NCBI GenBank assembly: GCA_040514325.1
Contig: JBEVCG010000059.1
Coordinates: 1,718 to 65,717, forward strand
DNA length: 64,000 bases
Direction of reading: 5' to 3'
Origin: Thermoproteota archaeon
GTDB taxonomy: Archaea; Thermoproteota; Thermoprotei_A; Sulfolobales; Pyrodictiaceae
Of this stretch, positions 19,303 to 28,870 are shown piece by piece; position 1 is the stretch's first letter, and each line of letters starts with the position of its first letter. The translations under genes were made by a program, and so were the position numbers. The notes below the pieces were generated by a model, which saw nothing but the letters and a program-made list of their open reading frames with translations, did not search any database and was not told where the DNA came from.

Positions 19303-19920
19303 TCATTTCTTCAACACAAGGGTCCCGCCAACAACATCGATGCAGCCTAGCCTCACGTACCTTATCAGCATCTCCCTAGCTTCACGACGGCTGAGCCCCA
19401 GGCTCGATGAAAGAACATCCACAGCGTCAGGCACTCTAATTATGCCTTCCCGAGAGAACTGAGCAAGTAGATCAAGCGCGTCTCCTGTGCAGGGGCTCTC
19501 TACTTCTTCAGCGATAAAACCTCGAATCACAATATAGATTGTTGTTTGGGAAGGAGGCTCAGAGATTGTGAGCTTGTAGAGGCCTTCGCCCAGACTCTCG
19601 GCCTTAGCTTTAACAAAGCCATGTCTTCTATAGCCTCTGATATGCGTCAAGGCCACTAGGCGCGCACCCAAGTAGCCCTCTCCAGCATCCTCGCACAGAA
19701 GGATTGCGTCTCCCGGAGAGCCGCAACTCTTCACGGTGATAGATGTCCCAGTGTAGCTGGCAACTTCTTTAAGCGTTGCCGAGAGCATCTCGGGAGCCGC
19801 AACCGTAAGCTTTCCAATGAGCTGAGCCAGGGTTCCCGTAAGAGCTACTGCAACTCGCTTAGGGGAGCTGTAGAGGTAGAGCTTTTTCGCCAACAGAAGC
19901 TCAGCAAGCCTCGCCTTCAA
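19303..19920 (-). CDS. hypothetical protein
   Basis: 205-aa ORF with a non-ATG start, convergent with leuS. No motif recognised. Confidence 0.45.
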   Translation of the reverse strand: MKARLAELLLAKKLYLYSSPKRVAVALTGTLAQLIGKLTVAAPEMLSATLKEVASYTGTSITVKSCGSPGDAILLCEDAGEGYLGARLVALTHIRGYRRHGFVKAKAESLGEGLYKLTISEPPSQTTIYIVIRGFIAEEVESPCTGDALDLLAQFSREGIIRVPDAVDVLSSSLGLSRREAREMLIRYVRLGCIDVVGGTLVLKK

Positions 19921-19934
19921 CTCGAGGCCCCACC

Positions 19935-19996
19935 TTCTCAGCGTAGCTCAGCCTCGTCACAGCTGTTAAGCTCAGACGGCTAAAACTCATCCTCGA
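19935..19996 (-). ncRNA. box C/D sRNA candidate
   Basis: Minus strand: AGGAUGA (C, 19987-19993), 11 nt, CUGA (19972-19975), 11 nt, GUGACGA (C', 19954-19960), 12 nt, CUGA (D, 19938-19941). It lies 17 nt upstream of the 19920 ORF start. Confidence 0.35.
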
Positions 19997-20096
19997 TGCT
20001 GAGAGACCGCCACGCTTCAGTTTAAACACAACAACCCGACACAATATAGGGTTTCACGTCAGCTTCCCGCTGCTCTCCTGCAGAGCCTGTTCGCGT

Positions 20097-20418
20097 GCTT
20101 GAGGCTTTTATAACCTGCTGCCCTTTTAATTCCAAGAGCCCGGAGGGCTCTGCAACAGGGCCGAGGGCCCCCGGATGAGCAGAGCCGGGACGTATTCACC
20201 GCGCACCACAAGGTTCCTTAAGCTGCTAGACGCTGCTGCAGACGGCGATACGCGTTTTAGCAAAGCAGGGCCGAGTCCTCCTAGGGGTGTGAGTTGACCC
20301 ACCAGCACGCTTTATACTGCAACCAACTCGATGTAGAGCCCATGATAGTTTACAGCCACAACAGCAAGAATTCGGTGCGCCATGCAACGGGTGCAGCCCG
20401 CCTCTCCAGCCTCTGAGC
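20097..20418 (+). ncRNA. rnpB: probable RNase P RNA (archaeal type A-like); ends approximate
   Basis: GC-rich interval of about 560 bp with no credible ORF. 20341-20380 (CAUGAUAGUUUACAGCCACAACAGCAAGAAUUCGGUGCG) resembles universal CR-IV/CR-V (AGAUGAAUGACUGUCCACGACAGAACCCGGCUUA). 20259-20287 resembles CR-III (GAGCAAGGCCAAAUAGGGG). P3-like hairpin AGAGCCC-GGA-GGGCUCU at 20135-20151. Possible pairings are P1 20097-20106/20408-20418, P2 20115-20123/20389-20396 and P4 20160-20165/20371-20376. Confidence 0.55.
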
Positions 20419-20482
20419 TTGTGGATGCCGCCTTTCACGTCCGCTGCGCACCGTTGCACTCTTCAGCAGGGGTGAGCCGGCG

Positions 20483-21178
20483 ATGAAGCTCCTTGCCGTG
20501 AGCGATGTACACAGCCCTAGGTACCTGATGCAGTACATGTCTGCCTTGAGCAGCCACAGGAACGACTGCAAGGAAGCACACTTCATAGTGTGGGCGGGCG
20601 ACATGATTGACCGAGGCCGTGTCCGCGCGTTTGACCCGCTGGTGAAGTACACGAAGAGAATGTGCCCAGAATCCGAGATAGTAGCCGTGTTTGGCAACGA
20701 CGAGTACATGGATCGTGAGGACGAGATAGAGCGGAGCTACGGCGAGGTGAGGTGGCTTAATGACACCTATCACGTGTATAGCGTAGACAACACTACCATA
20801 GCGTTTTACGGCACGCGGGGAGTGCTTGATAGACCAACTAGGTGGCAAAGGAGGCACATTCCCTTAATACAGAGGATCTACGAGGTCAAGCTGGAGAAGC
20901 TTCGCGAGAACCTTCTGAAGCTCAGGGACATAGCCGACGTAATTGTTGTGGTGATGCACTATGCACCCTCCTACAAAGTAATGGAGGGTGAACCTCAGAC
21001 TGCCTGGCCAGAAATGGGGAGTAGCCGCGTTGAGAGGGTCCTTCTGGAGACTAAGCCGGACATAGTTATACACGGGCACTTACACAATGCAAAGCGTCTG
21101 GACAACAATATAAGCGGTATCCGGGTCTACAACGTTGCATTTCCCGCACGCAACGATCTGACCCTGATAGAGCTCTGA
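20483..21178 (+). CDS. calcineurin-like metallophosphoesterase
   Basis: 231-aa ORF with the DVH, GDMIDRG, GNDEY and HGHLH motif series. Confidence 0.8.
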   Translation: MKLLAVSDVHSPRYLMQYMSALSSHRNDCKEAHFIVWAGDMIDRGRVRAFDPLVKYTKRMCPESEIVAVFGNDEYMDREDEIERSYGEVRWLNDTYHVYSVDNTTIAFYGTRGVLDRPTRWQRRHIPLIQRIYEVKLEKLRENLLKLRDIADVIVVVMHYAPSYKVMEGEPQTAWPEMGSSRVERVLLETKPDIVIHGHLHNAKRLDNNISGIRVYNVAFPARNDLTLIEL

Positions 21179-21214
21179 TCTCCAAAGCGCTGCTCAGAGA
21201 GTTAGCAGCAAGCG

Positions 21215-21275
21215 TACTCAGCCAGCCGCCACACCATCATCGGTTTCCTCGCAGGGTTGGGACTATCATCACATG
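21215..21275 (-). ncRNA. box C/D sRNA candidate
   Basis: Minus strand: GUGAUGA (C, 21266-21272), 11 nt, CUGC (D'-like, 21251-21254), 10 nt, AUGAUGG (C', 21234-21240), 12 nt, CUGA (D, 21218-21221). Confidence 0.45.
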
Positions 21276-21394
21276 CCGAGAGGCTCCACTTTAGGTGGCT
21301 CGCGGGTCTCTAATTAAGAGCACTGCTCTCTTGGAATCCACGTGACTGCAACACCAAAATATCTCTGACACGGGAAAGACCTCGGGAAAGGAAC

Positions 21395-22156
21395 TTGTAC
21401 GTTGATGTGCATGCTCACCTGTACGAGTACAGCCAAGACGAGCTTAAAAAGCACGTCAGCGACGACATGGTACTTGTCGTTGTGGCGGAGGACTACGAAA
21501 GCTCCAAGAAGTCCCTTGAGCTGGCTAGAAGCCATGACAACATTGTACCCTGCGTGGGGCTTCATCCATGGAACATCAAGGACCTTGATTCGGCACTGAG
21601 GGAGGCAGAGAAGATACTCAAGCTTGCTGGCGATAACGACGTAAGGTGCCTGGGGGAAGTGGGCCTCGACACAAAGTTCGTCGGGGAAACTATAGAGATT
21701 CAAATGCGTGTGCTCAGGGTATTCCTTGAATACGCCGAGCGCGTAGGAGACATCTCTCTAAACCTCCACACCGCCGGTACCTGGCAGCAGGTGCTCGAGT
21801 TGATCCGGGGGCTCCCCGTGAGGGCTGCAAACTTCCACTGGTACACAGGCCCGCAACACCTGCTCGAGGAGATAGAGAGACAGGGGTACACGATATCGAT
21901 CAACCCAGCCGTCAAGGTACAGGAGAAGCACCGAGTAATAGCCAAGGTAGCGCCGCTCGAAATCATTCTTACCGAGAGCGACTCCCCATATAAGTACCGC
22001 GGGCTAGAGCTGACGCCACTAATGGTGAAGGAAACCGTTGCAGTTATAGCCGAGCTGAAGCATATGAGGCAGGAAGATGTGGCTGCAAAGGTGTACGAGA
22101 ACTTCATGAAAAGGTACGGCTACCTTCTCGAGCTAAAGGAAGCGAAAATCACGTGA
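21395..22156 (+). CDS. TatD-family metal-dependent hydrolase/DNase
   Basis: 253-aa ORF with VDVHAHL, LGEVGLD, NLHT and TESDSP motifs. Non-ATG start. Confidence 0.8.
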   Translation: MYVDVHAHLYEYSQDELKKHVSDDMVLVVVAEDYESSKKSLELARSHDNIVPCVGLHPWNIKDLDSALREAEKILKLAGDNDVRCLGEVGLDTKFVGETIEIQMRVLRVFLEYAERVGDISLNLHTAGTWQQVLELIRGLPVRAANFHWYTGPQHLLEEIERQGYTISINPAVKVQEKHRVIAKVAPLEIILTESDSPYKYRGLELTPLMVKETVAVIAELKHMRQEDVAAKVYENFMKRYGYLLELKEAKIT

Positions 22157-22186
22157 ACGTTGCCTGTGCCCGTAACCGCGTCGGGT

Positions 22187-24028
22187 CTAGCTCCTGAGAA
22201 CGCTTTCATCAACTATTCCTCTGTAAGCCTCGTAGTATATCGGGGAGGACTTAAGCAGCTTGATGTTCCTCACATACTTGGAGTCGGGACCGATAGCATC
22301 CTCACCATGAAGCTTAGCGTACTCCTCCAGCGGTATGCCGTACCTTCTTATAATGGAGTCCCTGTATATGTCGGAGAGAACGTTGTACGTGCAGAATGGT
22401 ATTATCCTTCCGTCGGGAGAGAGGTAATGTATATCGCATCTCATAACTCTCTCAACATCGTAGTTATACTGATCCATGAAGTGCATGTTCCCGAGGAAGA
22501 GCATCTTGTAGTGCAGCTCGCCAAGCGCCTCGTAGTTCCTCTTAACGAAGATGTTGAGTAGCAGCTTTGTTATCTTGAGGTTCTTCGGAACCTTGCTCCT
22601 ATCGACGAATTTAGGCAAGTCCTTAGCTATTGTTGCTAGCTTCAGCGTCTTCCTTAGGCCGCTCATCGAGGTGAACCTGTCCCTCAGAAGCTCCTCGGTC
22701 TTGCTCTCCATATACTCTATGAAGCCCTCAACGTCGAAGAACTCCGTTATGGGTATGAACCTTACAGGGACACCATCGGGTCCCCGCTCAACGAACACAT
22801 AGGTTGCTGAGCCGCAGGCTGGATGGTTACCCATGCAGGACTTCAGCTCGCCCGTCATGGACTCCACGAAGTACGAGAACTTGGCTGCAACGGGTATAGG
22901 GAACCACGCATCAGCCGGTATCTGGCCATCCGTCTGTTCCTCTACCCACTTGAGAACATCCGGTATCGTTACTCTGTACTTTCTCCTCTCCTCCTTCTTC
23001 ATTCTACCCGTTAGACTAACTGGCTGGAAGTTGACGCCGCGGACCACATCTATATGCTTACCTGCGAACTTGATTATCTTGCCCAGCTCGTGTTCGTTAA
23101 CGCCCCTTATCACGGTAGGAACAAGAACTACACTTGTCATACCCGCTCTTCTAAACGTTTCAAGGGTGTAGGGTGCTTCCCAGTGATTCTTTGGATTAGT
23201 CTGCGGCGTAACACCGTCGAAACTCATGTATATGGTGTTGGTGCCTGCCTCCCTAAGCTGCTTGGCGTATGCTATAGCGTGTTCGGGGCCCTTCTCTATC
23301 CACAGCTTCGCGAAGGTTATGCCGTGCGTATTTATTTGGATGTGGCGTACGCCCTCCTCCTTGAGGAGCTTAACTATCTCTGGGAGGTCAGGCCTCAGCG
23401 TTGGCTCGCCACCTGTTATCTGAACGGCCATTGTCATTCCCTGCTGCTTGTAGCGCCTGATCATGTACCTTATCTGCTCCAGGGTGGGCTCGTAAACCAC
23501 TCCCATCTTCTCCGCGTAGAAGAAGCAGTACCAGCAGCTTAGGTCACACCTATTGGTGACTACCAGATTCGCTAGTGCTGTTGGGTTCTTGTGCCTTGGA
23601 CAGAGGCCACAGTTGAACGGGCAGGGCGCGTTCAGCTTGACGTAGGGACGCACGCCTATGCTCTCTTCCTCGTACTTCATAAATCGCCAGTATATTCTTG
23701 AGTCGCCAAAGTAGAGCTCCTCGAACGTTCCATGGACTGGACAAGTCTTCCTAATGTACACTGCATTGCCGTGCTCAAAGATGACGGCAGGCACCAGTCT
23801 GGTGCAGTGGGGGCAGACGCTCGTTGTATACCCCACAAGCTTTTCGCCCTCACGAAGCTTAGGCACGGGACCGCCTACATCGATCTTCCTTCCCTCTATC
23901 TCCACGAATCCCTGCTTCGTGTCGAACTTGGCTGGAGCCTCCAGCACCCGCGACTCGTCCCCCGGCGCTTCGCGTTGCTCAAGAAGTTTCAGCGTCAACT
24001 GCATCACCGTGCTAAGCGCTCTTTTCAC
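22187..24028 (-). CDS. radical SAM protein, COG1964-type; candidate tetraether lipid synthase (Tes / GDGT-MAS family)
   Basis: 613-aa ORF. N-terminal CPHC...x...CPVHG zinc-ribbon-like motif, auxiliary CPFNCGLCPRH motif, then TNRCDLSCWYC (CxxxCxxC) and GGEPTLR. I recall this order of motifs for the MJ0619/Tes family. GTG start. Confidence 0.6.
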   Translation of the reverse strand: MKRALSTVMQLTLKLLEQREAPGDESRVLEAPAKFDTKQGFVEIEGRKIDVGGPVPKLREGEKLVGYTTSVCPHCTRLVPAVIFEHGNAVYIRKTCPVHGTFEELYFGDSRIYWRFMKYEEESIGVRPYVKLNAPCPFNCGLCPRHKNPTALANLVVTNRCDLSCWYCFFYAEKMGVVYEPTLEQIRYMIRRYKQQGMTMAVQITGGEPTLRPDLPEIVKLLKEEGVRHIQINTHGITFAKLWIEKGPEHAIAYAKQLREAGTNTIYMSFDGVTPQTNPKNHWEAPYTLETFRRAGMTSVVLVPTVIRGVNEHELGKIIKFAGKHIDVVRGVNFQPVSLTGRMKKEERRKYRVTIPDVLKWVEEQTDGQIPADAWFPIPVAAKFSYFVESMTGELKSCMGNHPACGSATYVFVERGPDGVPVRFIPITEFFDVEGFIEYMESKTEELLRDRFTSMSGLRKTLKLATIAKDLPKFVDRSKVPKNLKITKLLLNIFVKRNYEALGELHYKMLFLGNMHFMDQYNYDVERVMRCDIHYLSPDGRIIPFCTYNVLSDIYRDSIIRRYGIPLEEYAKLHGEDAIGPDSKYVRNIKLLKSSPIYYEAYRGIVDESVLRS

Positions 24029-24130
24029 ATGTGTTGATGTTAGCTACATGTATAAAAAGCTGAGGCCGCCTCGTATAGCTGTCGTTCATCAGTCTCCTCG
24101 ATCAGAAATGCTCTGTCCGCTTAGCTCGCG

Positions 24131-25846
24131 TCAGCAAGCAAACCCACCCACGTCAACGTACTTCAATACCTGCGAGTTGCCCACCGCACCTACGATGTCT
24201 CTTCTGGAGCGAAGCGGTCTATTTGCTGCTAAGGCCAACGCGGCCGTACTGCCAAGGAGTTTTGAGAGAGCTGATATGCTAGACCTATTAGCGTCAAGGG
24301 GAACTGGGAGCCCTCTTACGCTCCGCGAGGAGTAGCCGTAGATTGCTACATCGATCACCCCCGGCTGCTCGAGCCTGCACGGAATCTCGACAACGAGCGG
24401 GTAGCTTCCAGCCTGCCTTGCGAACGTGACTCCCGACCTGCTATCATAGCCCTCTACGTAGAGATGTTTGAGTATGGTTCCGGGCGGCACAAGCCTCCTA
24501 AGAAACTTGGCGGAAAGCTTGGCGACCTCCTCCCTAAAGATGTGAATAAGCCTCTCATGCTTCCTAACCAGCCTGGTGCCAACGGAAGCCATTGCCGTTC
24601 CAGGGAGCACAAGGACCTTTCTCACGTTTATCCTTCTAACGAGGAGTCCCTCCTCGTATATCGTGCGGAGGAGCTTAAGGTTGAGTTCATAGGTACGCCT
24701 AGTCTCGCCCTTGAGGCCCAAAACGAAGTTTATCCCGGGGAGGAGCTCCGGCATACCATTGTAGCCGCGAGCAGCACCTATCTCGTTTATTACTCTAACA
24801 GCCTCAAGAGCCTCCTCAAAGGTCGTCTTCAAGTTGTTCTCTCGCACTACAACCGGATCCACACTCTCCACGCCAAGAGCGGCAACGTCGCCCGGCGTAT
24901 GGTACTGGACCAGCAGCTTCATGACCTCTCTGGACTCAGCCGGATAGAGGACTATTGTTTTTGGGTTTACGTTATCTATGTGCAGCGTCAACAAGCCTGG
25001 CGCAGCAGCACGCGCACCGACTAGCAGACGTTTTATAACCTCTGGATTCGGCCGTGGCCACTCCTCGACCCCAAGCTCGGGGCTGCCGTAGACGAGGAAG
25101 TCTGCCTGACGGCCTATGCGGAAGTGTCTAACTCCCATTCGGTGCAGAGCCTCAATCTCCCTAACAACATCCTCTACTGGCCGCTGGAGGGGTTTCCCGT
25201 AAAGTTTGGTAGCACAGAAGGAGCACCCTCCAGTCAACCATCTGCTGCAGCTGCGGTACGTTTCTATCTCTGCTATGAGGTTGTAGCCGTAGTTTGGGTG
25301 TTGCTCTACTATCTTAGCCCCCTTGATCGCCATCTTTCCCAAGAGCCTAACATCGTCTAAAGTGGCCCATGTCCTAGCCTTTTCCAAACCCTCACTAAAC
25401 AACTCGTAAACGTACGCCTCGGGATCGCCTGTGACTATGACGTCGAAGTTTTCCCTAACCTCCTTGGGCAGCTTTGCAACCGTCCCACCCTCATTGCCAA
25501 TACCCCATCTAGCTGCCGCGCCAACGAGGATCTTAACGGGCTTCTCCAGAATTCGGAACCACGTCTTCAGCTCATCCAGCCTTATTGGCTCTCCGCCGAG
25601 GTAACGTCCTGGGACTATTGCCCCCGCAATAACTACGACCAGGTCGTAATTGCTAGCCCGATTGAGAAATTCCTGGATATTCTTTCTCGCTTCATCGACT
25701 GTTAGGTAGTGAATCATTGTCGAGGGCTCCTGCACCCATATCGCACCTGCTATGTAGCGGGGGTACACGTCAATGTACGGCGGTACACCGAAACCTGCAG
25801 GCTCGTCAGTGTAACCATCTACTATGAGGACCTTCGAGTACACCAT
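24131..25846 (-). CDS. radical SAM protein with flavodoxin-like N-domain and C-terminal HhH-like tail (COG1031-like)
   Basis: 571-aa ORF. Cluster motif CSRWLTGGCSFC (Cx7Cx2C), central TIM-like radical-SAM region, beta-rich TRAM-like segment (VIDVAIYGYSSRSVRG), and a C-terminal ISALSKLLGSTAALALAANRP helix-hairpin-helix-like motif. Confidence 0.7.
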   Translation of the reverse strand: MVYSKVLIVDGYTDEPAGFGVPPYIDVYPRYIAGAIWVQEPSTMIHYLTVDEARKNIQEFLNRASNYDLVVVIAGAIVPGRYLGGEPIRLDELKTWFRILEKPVKILVGAAARWGIGNEGGTVAKLPKEVRENFDVIVTGDPEAYVYELFSEGLEKARTWATLDDVRLLGKMAIKGAKIVEQHPNYGYNLIAEIETYRSCSRWLTGGCSFCATKLYGKPLQRPVEDVVREIEALHRMGVRHFRIGRQADFLVYGSPELGVEEWPRPNPEVIKRLLVGARAAAPGLLTLHIDNVNPKTIVLYPAESREVMKLLVQYHTPGDVAALGVESVDPVVVRENNLKTTFEEALEAVRVINEIGAARGYNGMPELLPGINFVLGLKGETRRTYELNLKLLRTIYEEGLLVRRINVRKVLVLPGTAMASVGTRLVRKHERLIHIFREEVAKLSAKFLRRLVPPGTILKHLYVEGYDSRSGVTFARQAGSYPLVVEIPCRLEQPGVIDVAIYGYSSRSVRGLPVPLDANRSSISALSKLLGSTAALALAANRPLRSRRDIVGAVGNSQVLKYVDVGGFAC

Positions 25847-25858
25847 AGTGCATGTACC

Positions 25859-27028
25859 TCAGCTAACAGGTTCGAAGAGTATGCCCAGCCTCCTAGCCTG
25901 CTCGTAAGCTAGCTCCATCTCACGGGGAGAAGGTCTTCTGGCAAGCTCGGGCCACCTCCGCGGGTATTTCGCCACAAGGTTCTCAGGTCTGTACTGCTCC
26001 ATTATGTTTACAAGTATCCTGTCCTTTGGAAGGTTTGACGCAATCCACTCAAGGACCTTCATCGTACAGCAACTTAGGTGGCCGGGCAAGACGAGATGCC
26101 TTATTATCATGTCCCCGCTCTCTGCAGCCAGCTTTAAATTGCGCGTAACCACTTCCATGTATCTGGGTACTGCTGAGAGCCTAGCAGCGCACTTGTCGTT
26201 GCCGTACTTGAAGTCAGGAAGCCATATGTCTATTATGTCCGTTAGCACAAGCATAGCCTCTAAGCTCATGTACATGTTGCTGTTCCACAGCTGCGGAACG
26301 TTTACATCAAGATAAAGCATCGACTCCACTATGGTGTGGAGGCTCGGCGTGGGATCGCCGCCGACGTGATTTATGTTACGAGCACCGTGAAGCCTCAGCT
26401 GAGCCTGTATCTGCGCAAGCCTCTTTGCATCAACGACATCCCCAGACCTTGGACTCTGCTGGCTTATGTCGAAATTCTGGCAGAAGACGCACGTGAAGTT
26501 ACATCCTCCGTAGAATATCGTTCCACTAGGCACGAGCGGCGACTCCTCACCTAGGTGGTGGAACCAGCTGTGAACGTAAGTCTTCAGAGGAACCCTGCAT
26601 GCCCCAATTCTTCGCGTTCTGTCGACCCTGCATCTTCTCTCGCAGAGATTGCATGGATTTGCCAGACGCTGAGCTATCAAAGCATCAACGTGAAGCAGAG
26701 AAACCTTAGGCTTGGCTTTAAACTCCCTTCGATAGTCCTCTAGTGTTAGCTGTAAGTTTCTCGCCTTCGCCCAAAGAGATCTATGCTCCCTAACATAGCG
26801 TTCCCTTATCCTGAGCAGCTCTTCAAGGCCAAGAGTTTGAAGACTTTTCTCATCCTCGTCCACCTCAACTACTTTGGCCAGCATGAACTTGGCCGGCGCC
26901 TGATCGGTCATTACGCTGTAGTACCACCTAAGACGCTCAAGAACCTCGGGATGGCTCCACACGTGGATCGCATCTGGCCTAATGCGCATCCACACATACT
27001 CTGGGGCAAACCTCTCAAAAAAAGCCAA
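25859..27028 (-). CDS. radical SAM protein, PflX-like (pyruvate formate-lyase activase homolog, COG1313-type)
   Basis: 389-aa ORF with GCNFTCVFCQN (CxxxCxxC followed by QN, typical of activase-like members) and an upstream CNLCERRCRVDR Cys cluster. Confidence 0.75.
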   Translation of the reverse strand: MAFFERFAPEYVWMRIRPDAIHVWSHPEVLERLRWYYSVMTDQAPAKFMLAKVVEVDEDEKSLQTLGLEELLRIRERYVREHRSLWAKARNLQLTLEDYRREFKAKPKVSLLHVDALIAQRLANPCNLCERRCRVDRTRRIGACRVPLKTYVHSWFHHLGEESPLVPSGTIFYGGCNFTCVFCQNFDISQQSPRSGDVVDAKRLAQIQAQLRLHGARNINHVGGDPTPSLHTIVESMLYLDVNVPQLWNSNMYMSLEAMLVLTDIIDIWLPDFKYGNDKCAARLSAVPRYMEVVTRNLKLAAESGDMIIRHLVLPGHLSCCTMKVLEWIASNLPKDRILVNIMEQYRPENLVAKYPRRWPELARRPSPREMELAYEQARRLGILFEPVS

Positions 27029-27071
27029 GGCACCTCCCCGTGCCGATTAATGAGCTACCCTAGCTACTCTT

Positions 27072-27335
27072 TCACTGCCCCTCTGACCTCTCTCTTAGTA
27101 TTTTGTAGGCCTCCCACGGCGAGAGAGAGGCATAGTGCCTAGCCAGCTCAAGGAGCTCTTCGAGCTCCTCCTCTGTAGCATAGTCGATGGGCTCGTTTAG
27201 ATTTCCATGCTCGCTCCAGCGTCTATGAAGGGTTTCAACAAGGGCTACTACCTTGGGATCGCTGTAAAATGCTGCCTTGTTTAACTGAGGCATCCTGTCC
27301 ACTATATCAAGGACCCTATCACGCTTGGACATCAC
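27072..27335 (-). CDS. hypothetical small acidic protein
   Basis: 87-aa ORF whose ATG overlaps the serS stop by 4 nt, suggesting translational coupling. No motif recognised. Confidence 0.45.
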   Translation of the reverse strand: MMSKRDRVLDIVDRMPQLNKAAFYSDPKVVALVETLHRRWSEHGNLNEPIDYATEEELEELLELARHYASLSPWEAYKILRERSEGQ

Positions 27336-28714
27336 TTTACCCTCCTCTTGGAGGCGGGCTCTATAACCTCTTTTGGGGCTTTCTCGAACGGCTCAAGGTA
27401 CTTCCTTAGCACCTTCGGTATTATAACGGTGCCGTCCGGCTCCTGGAAGTTCTCTAGGATGGCTGTTATGGTTCTTGTCGAAGCTATGGCTGTTGAGTTC
27501 AGTGTATGGACGAGTTCGCGCCTCATATCCCTTCTAACCAGACGAATGTTGAGCCTGTAAGACTGCCAGTCTGTTGTATTGCTTGCGCTCACGAGCTCTC
27601 TGTACCTTCCCTGTGCTGGCATCCAAGCTTCAAGATCGTACTTCTTAGCTGCAGGAAGGCCCAGCTCTCCTGAAGCCACGTTTACAACCCTGTACGGTAT
27701 GCCGAGCCCCTGGTACAGCTCCTCGGCATTGGATATGAGTTCCTCGAGAATTTGCCAGCTTTCCTCGGGCTTTGCGAACACGAACTGCTCAACCTTGTGG
27801 AACTGGTGCACCCTGAATATGCCCTTGAGATCTCTGTTTCCTGCGCCGGCTTCCTTCCTAAAGCAGGGGCTAACGCCCACGAGCTTCACAGGGAGGTCAT
27901 CCTCGAACAGCTCCTCGTTCATGTAGAGGGCTGCAAGAGGGTGCTCGGCTGTAGCTATCAGGTACAGATCCTCACCCTCTATCTTGTATATTGCATCCTC
28001 AAATGTCTGGAGATCTATGACTCCTGAGATAGCCTTGTGGCGAAGCATGTAGGGAGGGAGCACTAGGCGATAGCCCTTCGATGTTAGCTTATCTATAGCG
28101 TAGAGTAGGAGCGCAAAGTCCAGCCAAACTAGATCATCGAAGAGGTAGTAGAACCGGGACCCGGCAACCTCAGCAGCCTTTGCAGTATCGCCTAGCCTTA
28201 GCACGTTCTCGAGCATGTCAGCATGTCCTATAGGCTTCCAATCTATAACTTCGTACTCCACGTTGAAGCCGTACCTGGCTGTCTGCTGCCTAAAGAGCTC
28301 CACATATTCAATGTACACCTTCGGCTTGCCCCAGAACCTGATAGGAACGTTGTAGTCGTCGCTTGGGCCAACGGGAACTGACGGGTGAACTATGTTCGGC
28401 AGAGAGAGGAGGACACGTGCTCTTTCCTCTTCAACGTCCCTAAGCCTCTTTTCGAGCTCTTCGCGTTCGCGTATCAATCTCTTGGCTTCTTCGATCAGTC
28501 TGCTCTTTTTCTGCGGGTCTCTCTCCTTAGCTATTGCCTCTGTTAGTTTATTGTGCATGTGCCGTATCTCGTCCACCTGACGCTTCAGCTTCCTCCACAA
28601 GGTATCAAGCTCAACAGCCCTATCTACCAGGCTCCCGTCCATTCCCCGCTTCCTTAGACTGTCCTTTAGCTCCTCAGGGTTCTCTCTGAGCATGCGGAGT
28701 ATGCTCCAGCTCAT
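27332..28714 (-). CDS. serS: seryl-tRNA synthetase
   Basis: 460-aa ORF. N-terminal coiled-coil arm, class-II motif 2 [25 protein letters not shown], and a motif 3 region near the C-terminus. Confidence 0.92.
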   Translation of the reverse strand: MSWSILRMLRENPEELKDSLRKRGMDGSLVDRAVELDTLWRKLKRQVDEIRHMHNKLTEAIAKERDPQKKSRLIEEAKRLIREREELEKRLRDVEEERARVLLSLPNIVHPSVPVGPSDDYNVPIRFWGKPKVYIEYVELFRQQTARYGFNVEYEVIDWKPIGHADMLENVLRLGDTAKAAEVAGSRFYYLFDDLVWLDFALLLYAIDKLTSKGYRLVLPPYMLRHKAISGVIDLQTFEDAIYKIEGEDLYLIATAEHPLAALYMNEELFEDDLPVKLVGVSPCFRKEAGAGNRDLKGIFRVHQFHKVEQFVFAKPEESWQILEELISNAEELYQGLGIPYRVVNVASGELGLPAAKKYDLEAWMPAQGRYRELVSASNTTDWQSYRLNIRLVRRDMRRELVHTLNSTAIASTRTITAILENFQEPDGTVIIPKVLRKYLEPFEKAPKEVIEPASKRRVK

Positions 28715-28870
28715 CGACCAACCCCCGATACAACTTCATACAACTGCCCTGCAGGGATGGGGGTCAGAGGTGGTGGTCCCCTCCTCATTTTGTAAGAGCA
28801 CGGGGATCAGGTGCCAACCTTCTCTTCACACCCATCAGGGCCAGCCAATCAGCAAGGCAACACTGTTAGC

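Noticed and set aside
20107-20113. TTTATAA inside the RNase P RNA candidate, considered as its promoter
   Set aside because: Using it as the TATA box would place the TSS near 20135 and delete the P1/P2 strands that pair with 20389-20418. I kept it as an unexplained oddity rather than a promoter call.
20126-20857. Several minus-strand ORFs (60-140 aa) over the RNase P RNA candidate and the metallophosphoesterase gene
   Set aside because: They have Cys/Arg/Pro-rich shadow-frame composition. The region is better explained by a structured RNA and by the plus-strand phosphoesterase with all catalytic motifs.
22160-24335. Multiple plus-strand ORFs (83-193 aa) antisense to the Tes-like and COG1031-like radical SAM genes
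   Set aside because: They are shadow frames of well-supported minus-strand genes.
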